Shown: positions 23,327 through 37,900 of the stretch, piece after piece
How positions within the stretch are numbered: the first letter of the stretch is position 1
How the letters are laid out: each line of letters begins with the position of its first letter
NCBI GenBank assembly: GCA_030141605.1
Contig: JAQGDQ010001001.1
Coordinates: forward strand, 7,212-71,211
Source: Tubiluchus corallicola
Lineage: Eukaryota > Animalia > Priapulida
Reading direction: 5' to 3'
DNA: 64,000 bases
Notes under the pieces: generated by a model
The model's database searches: none
Told to the model about the DNA's origin: nothing
What the model saw: only the letters and a program-made list of their open reading frames with translations
Program-made: the position numbers and the translations under genes

Positions 23327-26248
23327 ATGGCTCGAGGTCAGCAAAAGATTCAGTCTCAACAGAAAGCAGCAGAAAAAGCAGCAAAACTAAAGAAACAACA
23401 AGGTCACGATCAAAAAGCAGCAGCTGCAAAGGCTTTGCTCCATGTCTGTACAATATGCAAGGTTTGTACTGACTGTAAATAAACTTTAAACTGGCATTTA
23501 CAAAATGCATATTAACTGATTTATATTAGAGTAATTTCCAGTATAATTAAGATTTTGTAATAGCCATATCTTCTTGATTTTTATACAGTTATTTCTTTAT
23601 TTATTTTTCTCCATAAACATATTTTGCTTAATAATCATTAGCTTTGCACGCATGTGTCACAGAACACACGGGTAAAGCTGGCAAAACAGTACGGTGCGGA
23701 AAAGAAACTCTTAAATTACAGTACAGTATTTTTTCAACAGTGTGGTATGGTAGGAAATTATGGTATTTTTTCATACCTTTCCTGTACCATTGTACTCAGC
23801 TTCTTGTAATGTTTTGATTGGTCAACAACTCAGCAGGCGATTTGTTTTACCTCTTGGATGGGCTTATTGTTCATTTAATTGGTTCATTTTGAGTGCAAAA
23901 GCGGCAAGTTGTTTACAAGCACCGGTTATCAATTCCCATAAATTACCTTACCTTTATTGTTGTTTGTGTACAAGCTGGGCATATTACTTACCAAGTTTGA
24001 CACCTATTCTTGTAACATCACTGCTCTAACTGCTATTTCTGTGAATTGTGTAGGAATGTACTGTCGTGCATGGAAAAAATGGCAAGGTAAAAACTGCATC
24101 TTTTTCCTTTGCCGTTTTACTACATTCGTTCTTGTTTTAAAAAATCTGCATAGCTTGAGTGCAACATCTGAGTTAAAGATTTACTTTGCCAAGGAAAGAA
24201 ATTCGAGACGTACCTAACAGGTTTACCCGCGTAGCCTGTGTGGTATACATAGTCACGAATGTTTTAGGAAAGACACTAGATTAAAATCATCATTAAAAAT
24301 TTGGCACTAGTGAGCACATACTTTAAAGACAACCATGAAAAACTAGTTAATAAATGTAACTCGCTGTGTCTGCCACGAAATTATTTGTTAAGAAAAAGTG
24401 ACTCAAAATAAATTTATATCTTGTGCTTAATTTTGTGTAACTTTTGTAAACTAAAATCATAGTATGGAAATTTTCATAACAATAATTAATAAACTTATCA
24501 TTTTTACGATTAGTTTTTATGCCAATTATGATATTTGTTTTATCTTTTTGTAGTAGATCCTACATGTAGGTATAGTACAGAATTACACTATAGTGTTTTT
24601 TAAAGGTACAAAGTACGGTATTTCTTCCATACTGTACCATACTGCCAGCCTTGCTCACAGGTGGGTATCCTGAGCTGCGGAAGGGCAGCAGTGGCCAAAC
24701 CTTTGATCTCTGGTCAAAGAGTCAGTGGGTGTTATTTCATTTTCTATTACTCGCATTTCCTCCTAGGGCTTTTGCTTTTCTTTAATTTGTTTTCACAAGT
24801 ATTTAGGCATTATGGTGTGGATATGCACCTGGGGGTTTAAAAAGCTTAAGCCAGAAAACTGGGGCATATCAATGACTCCCATAAGCATAAGAGCTAGAAT
24901 CGCTAAACTTGCTGGGGAGACACCTGAGATCTAACTGCTCAGAGAATGGTATAGGAAAGGTTTCCTCTGAACCAAAGGTCACAGTGACTGGAAGCAGTGT
25001 TTGTCACTCAGCTCCTCTTACAGTATTGGACTGGGACAGGTTTTTGAATGTATGGGTAGCCACATAAGGATATGTGTGCACTAAGTATTTATCAGAAAGT
25101 GGGCATGGCCAGGTCACATGACATTGGCAAAAGTGCTAAAACAGGTTTTTGTTAATAACCGAAAAGTGAACGAGCTGGAATTACTAAACTTCCAGGGCAG
25201 GTACCGGCTCAGACAACAGAATACTGAACATTGAAAGGGTCAAACTTAGTAAATATATATCAGTTTTTCGTTTGGCTTTCTTCTCATACTATTTTTGAGC
25301 TAGAGCCACAATTTTTGGTATGTGACTAGATGGGCCCAAGTTCTTATGCATGGCTGAATATAGGCCTTTTAGACAGTGAAAAATTTTTTTGCTAGGTGTC
25401 AAAAACTGAAAATGGGTGGATTACCACAGTTGATTTTAAAGTCTTGAAGAATAGTGAAGAATTGTCAAATGAAAGGTTTCAATGAGCCACCATTGAAAGG
25501 TATAAGTTACGCCGAGGGGCAAAATATGGGTCAAGATGATGATTGCCTTCCATTGTCGACCGAAACTAGCTCGTAGCATATCAAATGAAAGGTCTCAATG
25601 AAATGCATTGAATGGTATAAGTTGGCAAGTGATTGGCTTTCCTTTCACACATGCAGTTCACAGGTTGAAAAAGTACACAAGTTGAGATTTCATTTAGTGC
25701 AGTTCCTAGGTAATGAAAAAATGCAAATTCAATAAAATCAAAATTATAGCTTTCGAACAAAACGCTGACATATTTTCAAGGCCTAATTCTGTAACTATTG
25801 TTTGCAACGTCTTCAGTCTCTGACCATGTTAGAAACATTGTCAACTAGTTATTATTGGATGTATTGTAAGATGCGATGTAACTTCATTCATAGAAAAAGA
25901 ATGTACATGTTCTTTTCAGTTAATACTAAAAGATGTAGATTTTAAGTAACACACGAACACATTAATGATAGCTACATTGCAATAAGGGTGGTAGACTTGC
26001 TGCTTGAACAGTTAACATTGAATTTGAATTTTGTGAAAAAAATAACAAATATTACCGAACATTCAACTATTTGACAGGCACCCAAATACTTGTCTTCTTA
26101 GTAGACTTTGTACGGTGCAGATGCCTTTAATATTGTGCTTTATTACAATTTCTTGCAGTCACAAATGCCTGATTTAAAAACGTACAAACAACACTTCGAA
26201 AATAAACATCCGAAAAGTGCCTTACCGGAAGATTTGAAAGAGATTTGA
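23327..26248 (+). CDS. ZNF706: Zinc finger protein 706 (4F5/SERF-like N-terminus plus C2H2), 74 aa
   Basis: Exons 23327-23461 and 26159-26248: MARGQQKIQSQQKAAEKAAKLKKQQGHDQKAAAAKALLHVCTICK|SQMPDLKTYKQHFENKHPKSALPEDLKEI*. An acceptor at 23314 implies an upstream non-coding exon. Confidence 0.96.
23673..24653. mobile_element. hAT-like non-autonomous element in the ZNF706 intron
   Basis: Ends taaagctggca and (reverse complement) caaggctggca; subterminal gtacggta/taccatac repeats; degenerate 8-bp TSD cacacggg / ctcacagg. Confidence 0.55.
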
Positions 26249-29200
26249 TCGTACAACTTGTTTGGTAGGTATAAATGTATGTTGATTAAGGACAAAATTG
26301 CTAAATGTGTTAAAGTTCGCCTGTAAAACTTGTCAAAATGCTTATTAGCCCTACATAAAATACCTGCTATTTGAGTGCGTATTTTGTCAACTATGTTGGG
26401 AAGAAAAAGATCTCTGGGTTTTCTGCTTCTACCCATTACGTTTTTATCAATGGCTGGCACTTAATGCTTCGACATAGTTTAGGCTCCATCATCCACTGAA
26501 GTTTTTGCAGTAATATAACCATTTATCAAACATACCTCAAATGCCTATAATTTTAATAACACTTCGAGCATTTTGAGCAGAAATGAGACAACAAAAAATA
26601 AGGAGCTGATATTTGCCAATAAGTCTTAAAAATAACCTACCAAATTAAAATAGCTATTAAATGAGCAATTTCATTTTTTCAAATAATTTTTCATGCAAAA
26701 TAAATAAAAGTGTTTATGAACACTATGTACATTTGTAATAAAGATTTTAAGAGTTACAAAGCTATTTGTTCCCTTTCCTTTCAGAATGAGCTTAAACAGG
26801 TTACATTAATAAAATAAACTAACAATTATTCAAAATAGTGTTCGAAAAGAATGTTCACTATTACTTGCCAAAAAGAAGGAATTACCATCGCTTTGTGTAA
26901 TTCATCATTCCTTTAGAACATACTGTTAATGATAACGAACTTCAGTAAATTCAATTACACAACAAAATGTTGGCAATTGGAAACATGTATTAGCATTATT
27001 TCCATCATGCCTGTTCTGAAGGCTAAAGTTGTTTGACAGTAAGGACCTAGGAGTGGTAGACTATTGCTAAAATTAAAAAAAGTGTAGTTAATGTACAACT
27101 TGCTCTTTAAAGTTTTGATTACTTATTAGAAATTATTAAACCCAACAGGTGAGTCTAAAAGTTACTTAAGAACAAGTATGTTACATAAAAACGTGTGTGT
27201 GTAACCATGAATGACTATGAAATTTAAAATTTATATCCATTTCAGTATTGCAGCTTTCTAATTTTCTCTATTACACAAGTGTCCTAAGCTGCAAATGAGA
27301 ATAAACATATTTGAGGAGCAATAATAATAATAGTAGGTCTGTGTGTTTTTGAACTACAAAATTCAAGCATTTATTTTCTGTTTCACCATTAAATTATATT
27401 AATTAGCATGTGAATTTTGTAGGTATTTACCAAGCAGGAAGAGCAGACGTATGGCATTTGAACTTTGTTATCTTATTTTGATATGGGTTTATTGCTTGTA
27501 ACAAAGTTGCTTGATTTTTATTGTATTTTTTTAAATAAAAATATATGTAAAATATAAAAAAATAAGTTATCATTGTAAAATATGTATTCAGAGATCTTAT
27601 AATTTGAAAGCTTATGGGTGCTTTTATGAAATGCACTTTTTGATATGTACATAATTTATGCATGATTTCTGGATTGATTTGGCCTTGGCATATCTATGTG
27701 TGCTTATATATGTACTTATGTGTGGGCATAGGGCAATGTGGGAAGCTCTGGAAGTGAAGTGCTGCCTGTACTAGGAATAGAAAAGCGGCACATCTTCAGT
27801 TACTATGTTTTGTGTATTTTGTTTGAAGTTATTGTGCCTAGATAAAACCTTATTGACACTTTTAACTGTCTCTGTGCTTTCCTGTGACTGCATCTTTGTT
27901 TGACTTAGTTTGTTGGTAAAGCTAGGTATTTAAACAGCTGGTATGTTCACCAAATTATCACTTGCACTTCACTAAGCCCAATACCTAATACAATATTAAC
28001 GTACTGGCTAGCTTATTCCAAGTAACTTCGATAAACCTGCACCAGTTATTAATACATTTAAATCAGTATTGAAACTGTATAAATTTCACCTATCTTTAAG
28101 TGATGTGCATATAGGGTAAAAAATAAATGGAAATACAAATGTGAAGGAAAAACCTAAGTCACCGATTCAATATACGTCACTAAGAACAATTGTAATTTTG
28201 TATCTAAATTGATAAGACATTAAAAACTTTAATAAGATATTGAAAAATCATTATAATGTAACAGCTCTAATTTCTAAATTAATTCTTCTGCAATGCTGTG
28301 ATTCTGCCTCCAAAACAGCCTCATTAAGTCTTCATATCATACCAATGGAAATTGCAAGTTGGAGTATCAGTTAACGTCAGTTAACCCAAGTGATGTAATT
28401 TATTACATAGCTACAATTACATATTTCGTCAAAGTGGGCAATCTGAATTGATAAACTTGCTTTGGAAGTAGACAGACTAGAAGGCTTTATCATTATATTG
28501 AATAAATCAGACTACTGTATGCATAAGCTTCAAGTTTAATGAGATAGAAAATGGAAAAGTGTCAAGTGTCAATGCCCTACAAAAATCATTCTAACTAGGT
28601 ATTTAATTAAGGATATTTCAAAATTTGCTTCTTATTGGGTATTTTGCTTCTTGTTAACTATTGTATTATTGAAACTTTTGTATTTTTTAATGTACTAGTT
28701 GTAATTTTGTTGATCAGAAATAGACAATCTTGAATCTTGAAAATAATCTTGGATCTTGTTTAGTCAAACAGTAAATTGGCAAGGACAAGCTTAATATGTA
28801 GTTTTATATATGTATATGTATGTGTGAGGGCACACAGCATTCTCTAAGGTGGAAATGTTTATTTTGACAACATTTCTTAAAGCCAGTTAAATGCCTCAAC
28901 AAAAATGTTGTTGTATTATATTATATTCGTTGATTTTGTGGTGATTTCTTGCAACAGCTGTTAGAAGTTTCTTATGAAACCAAACTGTATGTCATGTATT
29001 TTGTTTCTACTGTATGGTTGTTTTTGGCAGTTGTTATATGCAAACGCTTTCTTGATTAATTTTTGTCTTCATTTAAACTATTTTTATAGTTTGTTCATGT
29101 TTGTTATTCAATATAGATGAAGGTATTTTTATGAGACACTTTTGTATGTGTAATTATATTATTATTTTTATAAATCAGAAATCACCCACTGAAAAAACAT

Positions 29201-30063
29201 TCAAGGCTGATGGCACCAGCCACTCGCAGTACCTACTATTACTATAAGGCCCAGTTTATACAGGTAGAGCACGGATTTCAGTATGAATGTTTATACGGTG
29301 TACATATTTTCTCACGGTTTTCTGTACAGATAAAGATCGTTACAAAATGAAAGTTGTTGAGAAATCGAAGTATATGTGAACCCACCCAGATGTGCCATAT
29401 TAGTGGAAATTTAAAGGGAGCTAAATTTCATTACTTTCTGGCAGTGTGCAGTGCACTGTCCTCACAGTCCCGGCCTACTGGTATTGATATAGTATTGGTG
29501 TTATCAGTGTAGCCCAGCGTGCTTTACTACATTGATAAGGAACTGTTTCCAGTTAGTTGTACTGTGACCACGTATATGCAGCTAATTTTATAGGAAAACT
29601 GTTTGTGGTGTGTTAGCAATCACCAGACGAAAGTCTCAAAGTATCCATTTCAGTAAGTATCGAGGCTAAAATGTTGCGGCTATTCATGTCTGGTGCGGTA
29701 GCGCCGTCTCTAGTGTACGCTGCTGAGAATCTCTACATTTCAATTGCATCCCAATTTGTATCTTCGGCACAGCAGGAAAACTTAGTCTATTTGGACATAC
29801 ATGTATTTTGCCATAAAACAAAAGAAGGCCTAAAATGTGATTAGACAATTTTCATCATTTTGTTTATTAGGTTCAAGCTGTGATTAAGTGATTTTCACAA
29901 ACAGCCTTTTCATAAAGAAGAACGCTCAACATTAACTGTAGGGCCTCACTTGTGTCTGCGTAGCATCGCAGAGTAACGGTTCATGTTTGTAATGTACTTG
30001 TGTTCTAGCACATCAGTGTTTGCAGTAATAATAAGGTACTAGCCAAACCCCACAAAAAGAATT

Positions 30064-30560
30064 TTGTGCACAAATCAACCCACACCACACCACTCCACCT
30101 CATCACACCACACCACCCCACTCCACCTCATCACACCACACTGCACCACACAATACCACCACACCACACCATACCACTCCACCACATCACACCGCACTGC
30201 ACCACACCATACCACTGCACCACCCACACACCACACCATACCACTCCACCACACCATACCACTGCAGCACACCGCACCACCCACACACCACACCACACCA
30301 TACGACTCCACCACATCACACCACACCATACCACTGCAGCACACCGCACCACCCACACACCACACCACCCACACACCACACCACACCACCCACACCATAA
30401 TACTCCACTACATCACACCGCACTGCACCACAACAACCACCCACACACCACGCCACCCACTCCATACCACACTACCCACACCACACCCTATCACCCCACC
30501 ACACCATCCATAGCACAACACACAAAGCACACCACCACCACACCACATCAAATCCACCAC
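30064..30560. repeat. Degenerate (CACAC/CACCA)n minisatellite
   Basis: C/A-only low-complexity tract with recurring units of about 50-70 bp such as caccacaccataccactgcagcacaccgcaccacccacacaccacaccac; it produces four spurious ORFs. Confidence 0.9.
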
Positions 30561-30959
30561 CTCACGTGGTGATCATGATGTTGATGATGATGATGGTGGC
30601 AATGATGACGACACCTATAGCACAAGCACCAACAGCACAGCATTACAACAAAACCATTCCAAACATTTTTCACAAAGTTGAAACTATGTGCTATAATATA
30701 ATAAATAGCAAAGGCCCCGCAAAATATTTTGCGTAAAAAACCACGTGTAATCAATAATACGCGAACATCCTACCTAGTCCTCATTTATAACACAAAGCCC
30801 GTAACATCCTGCCTACTGTTTGTCTGTTTATCTAACGCAAAGCAGCTTTTACAGAATTAAAGCTATAAGATTATAGGCAGAGTACAATGGATGACGTCAC
30901 AACAATGGCTTTGCGTCAGCAGTTTTCTAAGCGAAAATTGCGAAAAATAGAACATCTAA

Positions 30960-31518
30960 TTAACTCGTCGATACTCCTCTCGGTGGACCTGCCCTAAAAT
31001 ATAGCCCACATCATCGTGTAGCCCCGTTCTTCCTCTTTCTAAAGAGCTATATATCTCCTTCCGAGAGTCCCACCGGGCGCCGCTAGAACGTTTTTTCCGC
31101 ATGCTGTTTGATCAAAATTTCGAAAAAATCGCGAGTTGGGTCCGGGAAAACGCCCGTTGCGGGGCGCCGTGGCCCTCTCGGGAACTCTAAATAGGCCTAT
31201 GACACCCATCGCTGAACGGGCTATCTATCCATACCCAGCAGCGCCCTCGGCCCGTTCCCGTTCTCTACATCTCAGGCGTATAACTTTTGCAAAAAACGGC
31301 CGAAAAATGGCCATTTTTGGAGGTTTTTCGCCCCCCGTTCCTCGCGGTGGGCCCCATTCGAAAAATAAACCCCCAATGAGACGACACTAGATCGAGACCT
31401 TTCGTTTGATATATAGATCGCCGCAAATGGTGCCCTCGTCAAACCTGTAGCCTCGAATCTTATATATAAATAAATAAATATATATATATACCAAGAATAT
31501 TAATATAAGAGTATAGAT
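30960..31518 (-). mobile_element. Helitron-like non-autonomous element (GC-rich island)
   Basis: Minus strand begins a|TCTATACTCTTATATTAAT followed by a TA microsatellite and an atatcaaacgaaaggtctcga motif also seen at 25465-25620; GC content contrasts with the flanks. The 3' CTAG hairpin end was not confidently found. Confidence 0.4.
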
Positions 31519-31992
31519 TCTTTTTTAATGCGATACTCGTATTTTTATCCATATCAGTAAACCTAAAATTTTAAGTGTCACATTTTTGCTCAGTATTCAT
31601 ATGATGCAAAAGGTACCAGCACCAACTGCGAAACATTTCGATTTAATTTAAGAACAAAAATGCTGCAAAAGGGACATGCACACATATTATTATACAAATT
31701 AGTTCACCGAAATATCAAGTGTCATATGCAGGCTTTACGCGCATATAGTAGGCGCAAGACATTATGTGCATATATAATCAGTCACAGAGAAGAGCCAGTC
31801 TCCACAGATTAAATAGTGTCAGTCACTCATACCTACAAAACTATGTGAAAACAACGAAAAACGAGTCTCTTGCTGTTCTAACTCTGCAAATCGAGTCATA
31901 TCGCATTTTGATATGAAAATAAAATCGTCTGAAAAATTTCACCTGCAAATCTGGCATACCCTGCACATAGTAAAAACTATGCAACGGTGACA

Positions 31993-34900
31993 ATGGATCG
32001 TAATATTACGACTGCTGAAAACATTAGACTTTTCAAAAACGTTAGCGTGTCGGCATCTGAAGCTATTGTGTATGTAATACTACAGTTTATCTCGAGCGGT
32101 AAGACAACTAATGCCAAACTCTTTTTTGCTTAATTCGGGTTCGCCAAAAATGTGACAATACAGTAAAATGACTCGTGCAGACCTCGGACTGAATAAATAT
32201 TACCTTATAGTTTGTACAATACACACTTTTCGTTACACATTACATTTTTTAAATACGGCGATGCTACAGAATGTAAACTACATATATAAGCTTTTTAGCA
32301 CTTTTTATTTCACTGATTCAAGTCTTAAAGATGTGAACCACAAGAACAAAATCCCGAAAAGGTGCTTTTATAAATGTCTGGGGGTGTTTTTTCCTTAACT
32401 GGGCAATTTTGCTATTCTCATCAATTTTACTATACTGAACCCGAAAACATTGTATGTAGTTTGAAAAATTAGCTAAAAAAGTTCAAAAAACGCAAAATGC
32501 AAATCGGACGCCAAGTTTTTTCACAAACTATGTAGGCCTAAATTAAAAGAAACTGCTAGAATATTAATACTAAGAAGCGGTTATGACAGGTATTCTAAGG
32601 TAGTTGGACGTAAGAAATCAGTTTTTATTACTTTTATTTCAAAAACGGTCGTCATTTTCAAAATGTTTGCGCAAAACCATTATAGTAGCTTCATCAACTA
32701 ACGATTTATTTTAAAAACAAAAATCAAATTGTTTTTATCAAGTCCGCCTTGTTTAATCTAAAAAATCTTAGACTCCAAAAAGGATGCAAAAAACTAAAAC
32801 AGTTAAAAAAAATACTCACTTGGTTGGTTCCAACATACATGCTATCTACGTCTATCATCTTGAAATAACAGCCACGTTAGATGATTTTCGTTGGACTTAT
32901 GTCCAAAATTAATTTTTATGGTTCTAGCATTGTGCAAAATTACATAACTTTTAGGCGAAATAATGAAGCTTTTCCTGCTAGAACATTATGCCGGGAATCG
33001 GACAACCATTTTACTTTTTGCTTATCACTGTTTATGTTGCTCTGTATACTTATTAGGTCTAAAGCGCTTTTTAGATTCTGCAAAGTCAAATTAATAAAAA
33101 TAATTTGTCTTTTTTTAATAAATCTTTAGGTGAAACTATATAGAGCGATTACATGATCGATTATATGTCCTTTGAGTTTAAAGCAGCTACCACTTTTGAT
33201 GTAAAAGTAACAGAAATGAATTCTATAGTCCAACTACCCTGGAATAGATGCCGTAAGGGCCTGTTAATTTTATGGGAATTTCTTTTCATTTAAATATAAT
33301 GTAAGCAAAAAATTGGCGTTTTTGAATTTTTATGCTAATTTTCTGAGCTGGCAACAGTTTCAACGTAGTCAGATTGATAATACCTGCTATATTTAGAAAA
33401 AAGCTCAACAGAGTTCCACTTTTTTGAAATTCGCTAGTTTATTAGAGCTTCTCAATCGTATTAGTTTGATTGAAAAAAGCAACAAAAATTTAGGACCTGA
33501 ACTTTGGTTTTATGGTTACAAAGCAGGAAAATTGTCAACAAGTAATTCGTTAGCGCCTTAAAGATATTGCTATGCGTAATTAAGTTCATAGTACGAATCT
33601 CATCTTATAGTTGATGAATCACGAACTTATTAAAAAGTTAAACATTGTATCACATAGAGTATATGGATGAGTATTTTCTAATTACGAAGGTATTTCTATT
33701 CCTAATGATAAGATGCACACAATGTTATTGCAGAAACTTTCGAATGCTCTTAGGTGTACGAGGTATATTGCCCTCACAGAGCAAGTAAATTTTACATTTT
33801 CAGGGCAAATAAATGTATAGTAAAATTTCCAAACTTAATAATGAATATTAACAAATGCTCAGAATAAAAGTTGTAAGCTCGTGGGCTTTAAAGAATGCAA
33901 AAGTAAACTTTCTAAAAATTTCAGATTGAGAAGTGAATATATTCGTAAAGTTCAGTTCCTGCAAAAAGTTTTTAACTTTTAACATTCTTTATTTTAACTT
34001 AAATTTACGTTTGTTTGCGTAAATTTAACAATGCTGTTGTATCATTTGGAATAGGAATTCCGATCAGAAAGAACAGTAATTTGCGTTACTCTGTTAAACA
34101 CCGGTCATGACCGTCGGCTTAAAATTCGTTTAAAAAACATTCCCAACTTTCTCCTGTCTTGAGAGTCGGGGATAGGCGATATATGGAAGGGGGTTGCGCA
34201 TGGACCTCACCAGTTGAGTGATTCTCTTTATGTAAATCAGGCAGCGAGTAGGCCCATAAATGTTTTGTTTTTTATATACTTTTATCAGTCTATATCCTGT
34301 ATAAGTATGTATATGCTGGAAATTATTTAGAAATTATATAGGCTAGGGCAAGTTAGAAAATTTTCAGGGCAAGTTCCTTCTGCCCCCTGGTGAAACTTCC
34401 ACACGCCTATGGGCATGCTTCAGGATAAAACTGCGGATAGGCATTGCATGGACCAACGTAAAGGCATTGCAGCCATAATCCATAATTTGTAACCTATCAG
34501 GCATCTTCTAGCTTCCACAAGACTATATCATACCACCGGTATTCTCCTTTCCGTGTAAATAGTAAGGCGTTATGCCATAATCCGTTTTTTGTGGTGGGTG
34601 TGTGAATCAACAGGCGTAACTTCTTACCGAAATTTATTAGTTTACCTGATTCAAAATAAACCAACCACTGGATCCGGTGGATATATATATGTAAATAAAT
34701 ATATATAAATATAGATTTATATAAATCTTTATTGCAAAAATTATACACTAGCACAGAAACAGACTAAAGCAACCGGATCCGCTGGTTGGCTCATTTTGAA
34801 TCAGGTAAAGTTATACATTTCGGTAAGAAAATATATATATATATTATTTTACATAATGCGTTGTATTATTAAATAAAAGCAGAAGCGCGCAGACCGATTC

Positions 34901-37900
34901 ACTGCAACAGACAATGTGAATCATAATTTGTTCATAACGATATTGCAAACAATCAAGAAAAATAATGAAAAAAAAATTCAACTAAACCAGAAAGTTCCTC
35001 CATTTATTTTACGAGCTTTTGGCACCCACAGAAGATCGCACAGCACCAGGATGGACAAGTAACAGGCGAAGAAAGATTGTTAATAACGTTGAGGTAAACA
35101 GGACCTAACCAGTTTTATACAGACAGTTTCTTAAGAGAATTAATTTTAGGGCTGTACATATAGTTAAACAAAACAATTTAAAACAGTTTTAAAGAACATA
35201 TTAAACTATTTTTATGATGAAAAAGATAACTGTGGTCGTTCATTGAATATACTAAGCCACGAAGTACACTTATAAAATTTATCGAGATCTCCTTAGTACA
35301 TTGGACTGAGACAATACACATCTACAAACAATGTCTCTTAGAATTATAGTAATAGCCTTGCTACAAATTTACGGGCTACAAATTGTAAGGCTACAAATTT
35401 ATGGTCCGAAAAGACAGTTTTACGTTCACATCCAGTTCTAGATAATGAGTCTAATATAATTATATAATACGGCTTATTGTCAAACGTTTGTATTAATTGC
35501 ATATTTTATTCACATATATTGAAGTAATTTTACTCGCATTACAGCATAACAGATTTCTTTAAAAATATTTCATTGTGTAAATCATAATAATCTGCGCGTA
35601 CGTAACTGCAGTATTAGTAAAATTGCTGTTTAATGTTAATGAGGGCCATTCTGATATTGAATTCTTAAGATATAAATGAAATGTGCACTGTAAACATCAA
35701 AAATACGCTAAATATCGCGTTAGCGATTGGTCAAAAAAGGCTTATGACAAACGAAATTAATGGCCAAGTTCTTTTCATAATAAGATAAAGACATAACAAG
35801 GTAGGGGCGACAAGAAGCAATCGCCCCCGGCCGCAAAATTCGTCTGGAGCTCAGTGCCTGCTAATTATTAATTACTAATCTGACATTGACGAAACAATTA
35901 ACAAAAAATTTTCTAACTACAACAAAATTGCCTAGGTGTGTAGGTGGCTCGTAGCTGAGCAGACCCTGAGCAGATATAATTCTTGGAGAAACAATAACGT
36001 TTCTCTAAATGGTTATTGTATTATTGTGAAAACCTGTATCTGCATCTTTCATAATCTTTGCATATTTTAATGATTTACCTGAATGTTTAAAGCACAAGAA
36101 AACCCTCCACTTACATTAAGCTTAAGAACTTCGTCTTGAAACATTTACATACTGCCTTTTTGCATACGGGGCGTGCTTCGACAGTAGCGCTGTATAAAAC
36201 TGGTAAATTTAAACTCCCGCGATGACCGTCATTTTAACGATAAGTCATTTGAAGCAAGCTTAGATAACACTGAGTAAAGTTTTGAAAAAATAATCAGAGC
36301 ATTCGTAGCGCACATTTCACTAACCAAGTAAAATTTTAAATTACTGTGTCTTGCCAATAAGATTAAAAATACACTTATTAATTTGTGTGGGGCCTAAAAC
36401 CGTCAAGGGCCTAAAACCGACGAAAGAGCTCTGCAAACTTTATTGGAATGAAACGAGATACTAGACAGAAGCTGTTTTTGTAAAGGTACTTTAAATGAAT
36501 TAATTAATTCGTTACATAAATAAAACAAAAATCAAATCAAAATGAAATTAAAAGAATTTATTTAAATAATTAAAACAACTGATACATTGGCAGAAACAGA
36601 GATTTATAGAAAATTCATAGTTCAAATAACTTCAAAAATAATAATAAATTAATACTCAACCATTTTGGGACCAAGAAACGTTTATGACTGATAAACCAGA
36701 AATGATCAGTATTAATAAATAGCCACATGCAACTGTATACAATAACAGATGACAATTTATCGTTCATTACAAGATTATGCTGTCATAATTATATAAACTG
36801 TGTGTTATCTTGCGCCTTAGTCAGTGCATGCGTCTGCCTGTTGAATCGACGAGGCAATTCCATATGGACAGTTTTGTACGTTGAATACATTGCGCTGTAT
36901 TAAATAATACTTCTTAAATGGTGATACCGGTGTTGCAACCATCCCTTGGTGTTAAATATGCAAAGCTGTTGATTAGAAAGAGGATCGAAACATCATTATA
37001 TAGGGTACTTTTAAAGTTAAAGTAAGAGTTACCATTATGCAATGCATCAGCAGTAATATGTACATCTGCGTTGCTGTGTCACATTGAACAAATTGCAAAC
37101 AATTTTTATTTTTAATTCCTTTGAGGCAAAAATTGTCTAACGACACGGCAGTAAAAATTCCAGAAGGTCCAGCTAACCAGTTATCAAAAGGACCTTTGCA
37201 TTGCTACTTAATTAGTTAACAATTAAATATCGGTTTTAATTTGTTTTATGAAAGTCGTCTTGAATTCGTATCGTAATAATCAATAAAAAAGTGAACATTT
37301 TTGTGTGCTCTTTCAGTACTCGGGATTTGTGGCAATACGTTAGTGATAATTATTGTCATCTTGCACAAGCCATTACGGAATCCTACCGGTCTGTTATTAC
37401 TAAACCTGGCGATAACTGATATGCTGGTAACCGGTATCATTACACCTATGGCAATTTGGGGTATGTAAGTAGTCTGATAGTGTCAACAATACTAATATAT
37501 TATGTATTATTACGACAATGAAGAGGTAATGTATTATGTAATCAAATGGCACATAATTAGCTTCGCAATCTACATAAATACAGGTAAATTAGATACGTAT
37601 TCCCTGTTTGAGATATTGCAGAAGCAAATTAAAGTGAAACCTTACACTTTGCTTGTGAATGACGCACTTGAATGAATGAAGTAGTGGCACTATAGGCATA
37701 CTAGCCTAGAGGCTCTAGATTCCCACTATGCAAAATTGGTCACACTTTAAACGTATTCGGGAACACTGCTTTACATTTCAGTTATTAATTTCACATAAAA
37801 TGTATTATTATAGCAAAAAAGCAGAGTTTGTAAATCATAATGTACTTTATATTATTACTTAGGTTATGTACTGCTACATTTTTTCTCGTATTATACTGAA

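Noticed and set aside
30064-30572. His/Thr/Pro-rich and Val/Trp/Cys-rich ORFs
   Set aside because: Open on both strands and in several frames simply because the CA-rich minisatellite lacks stop codons.
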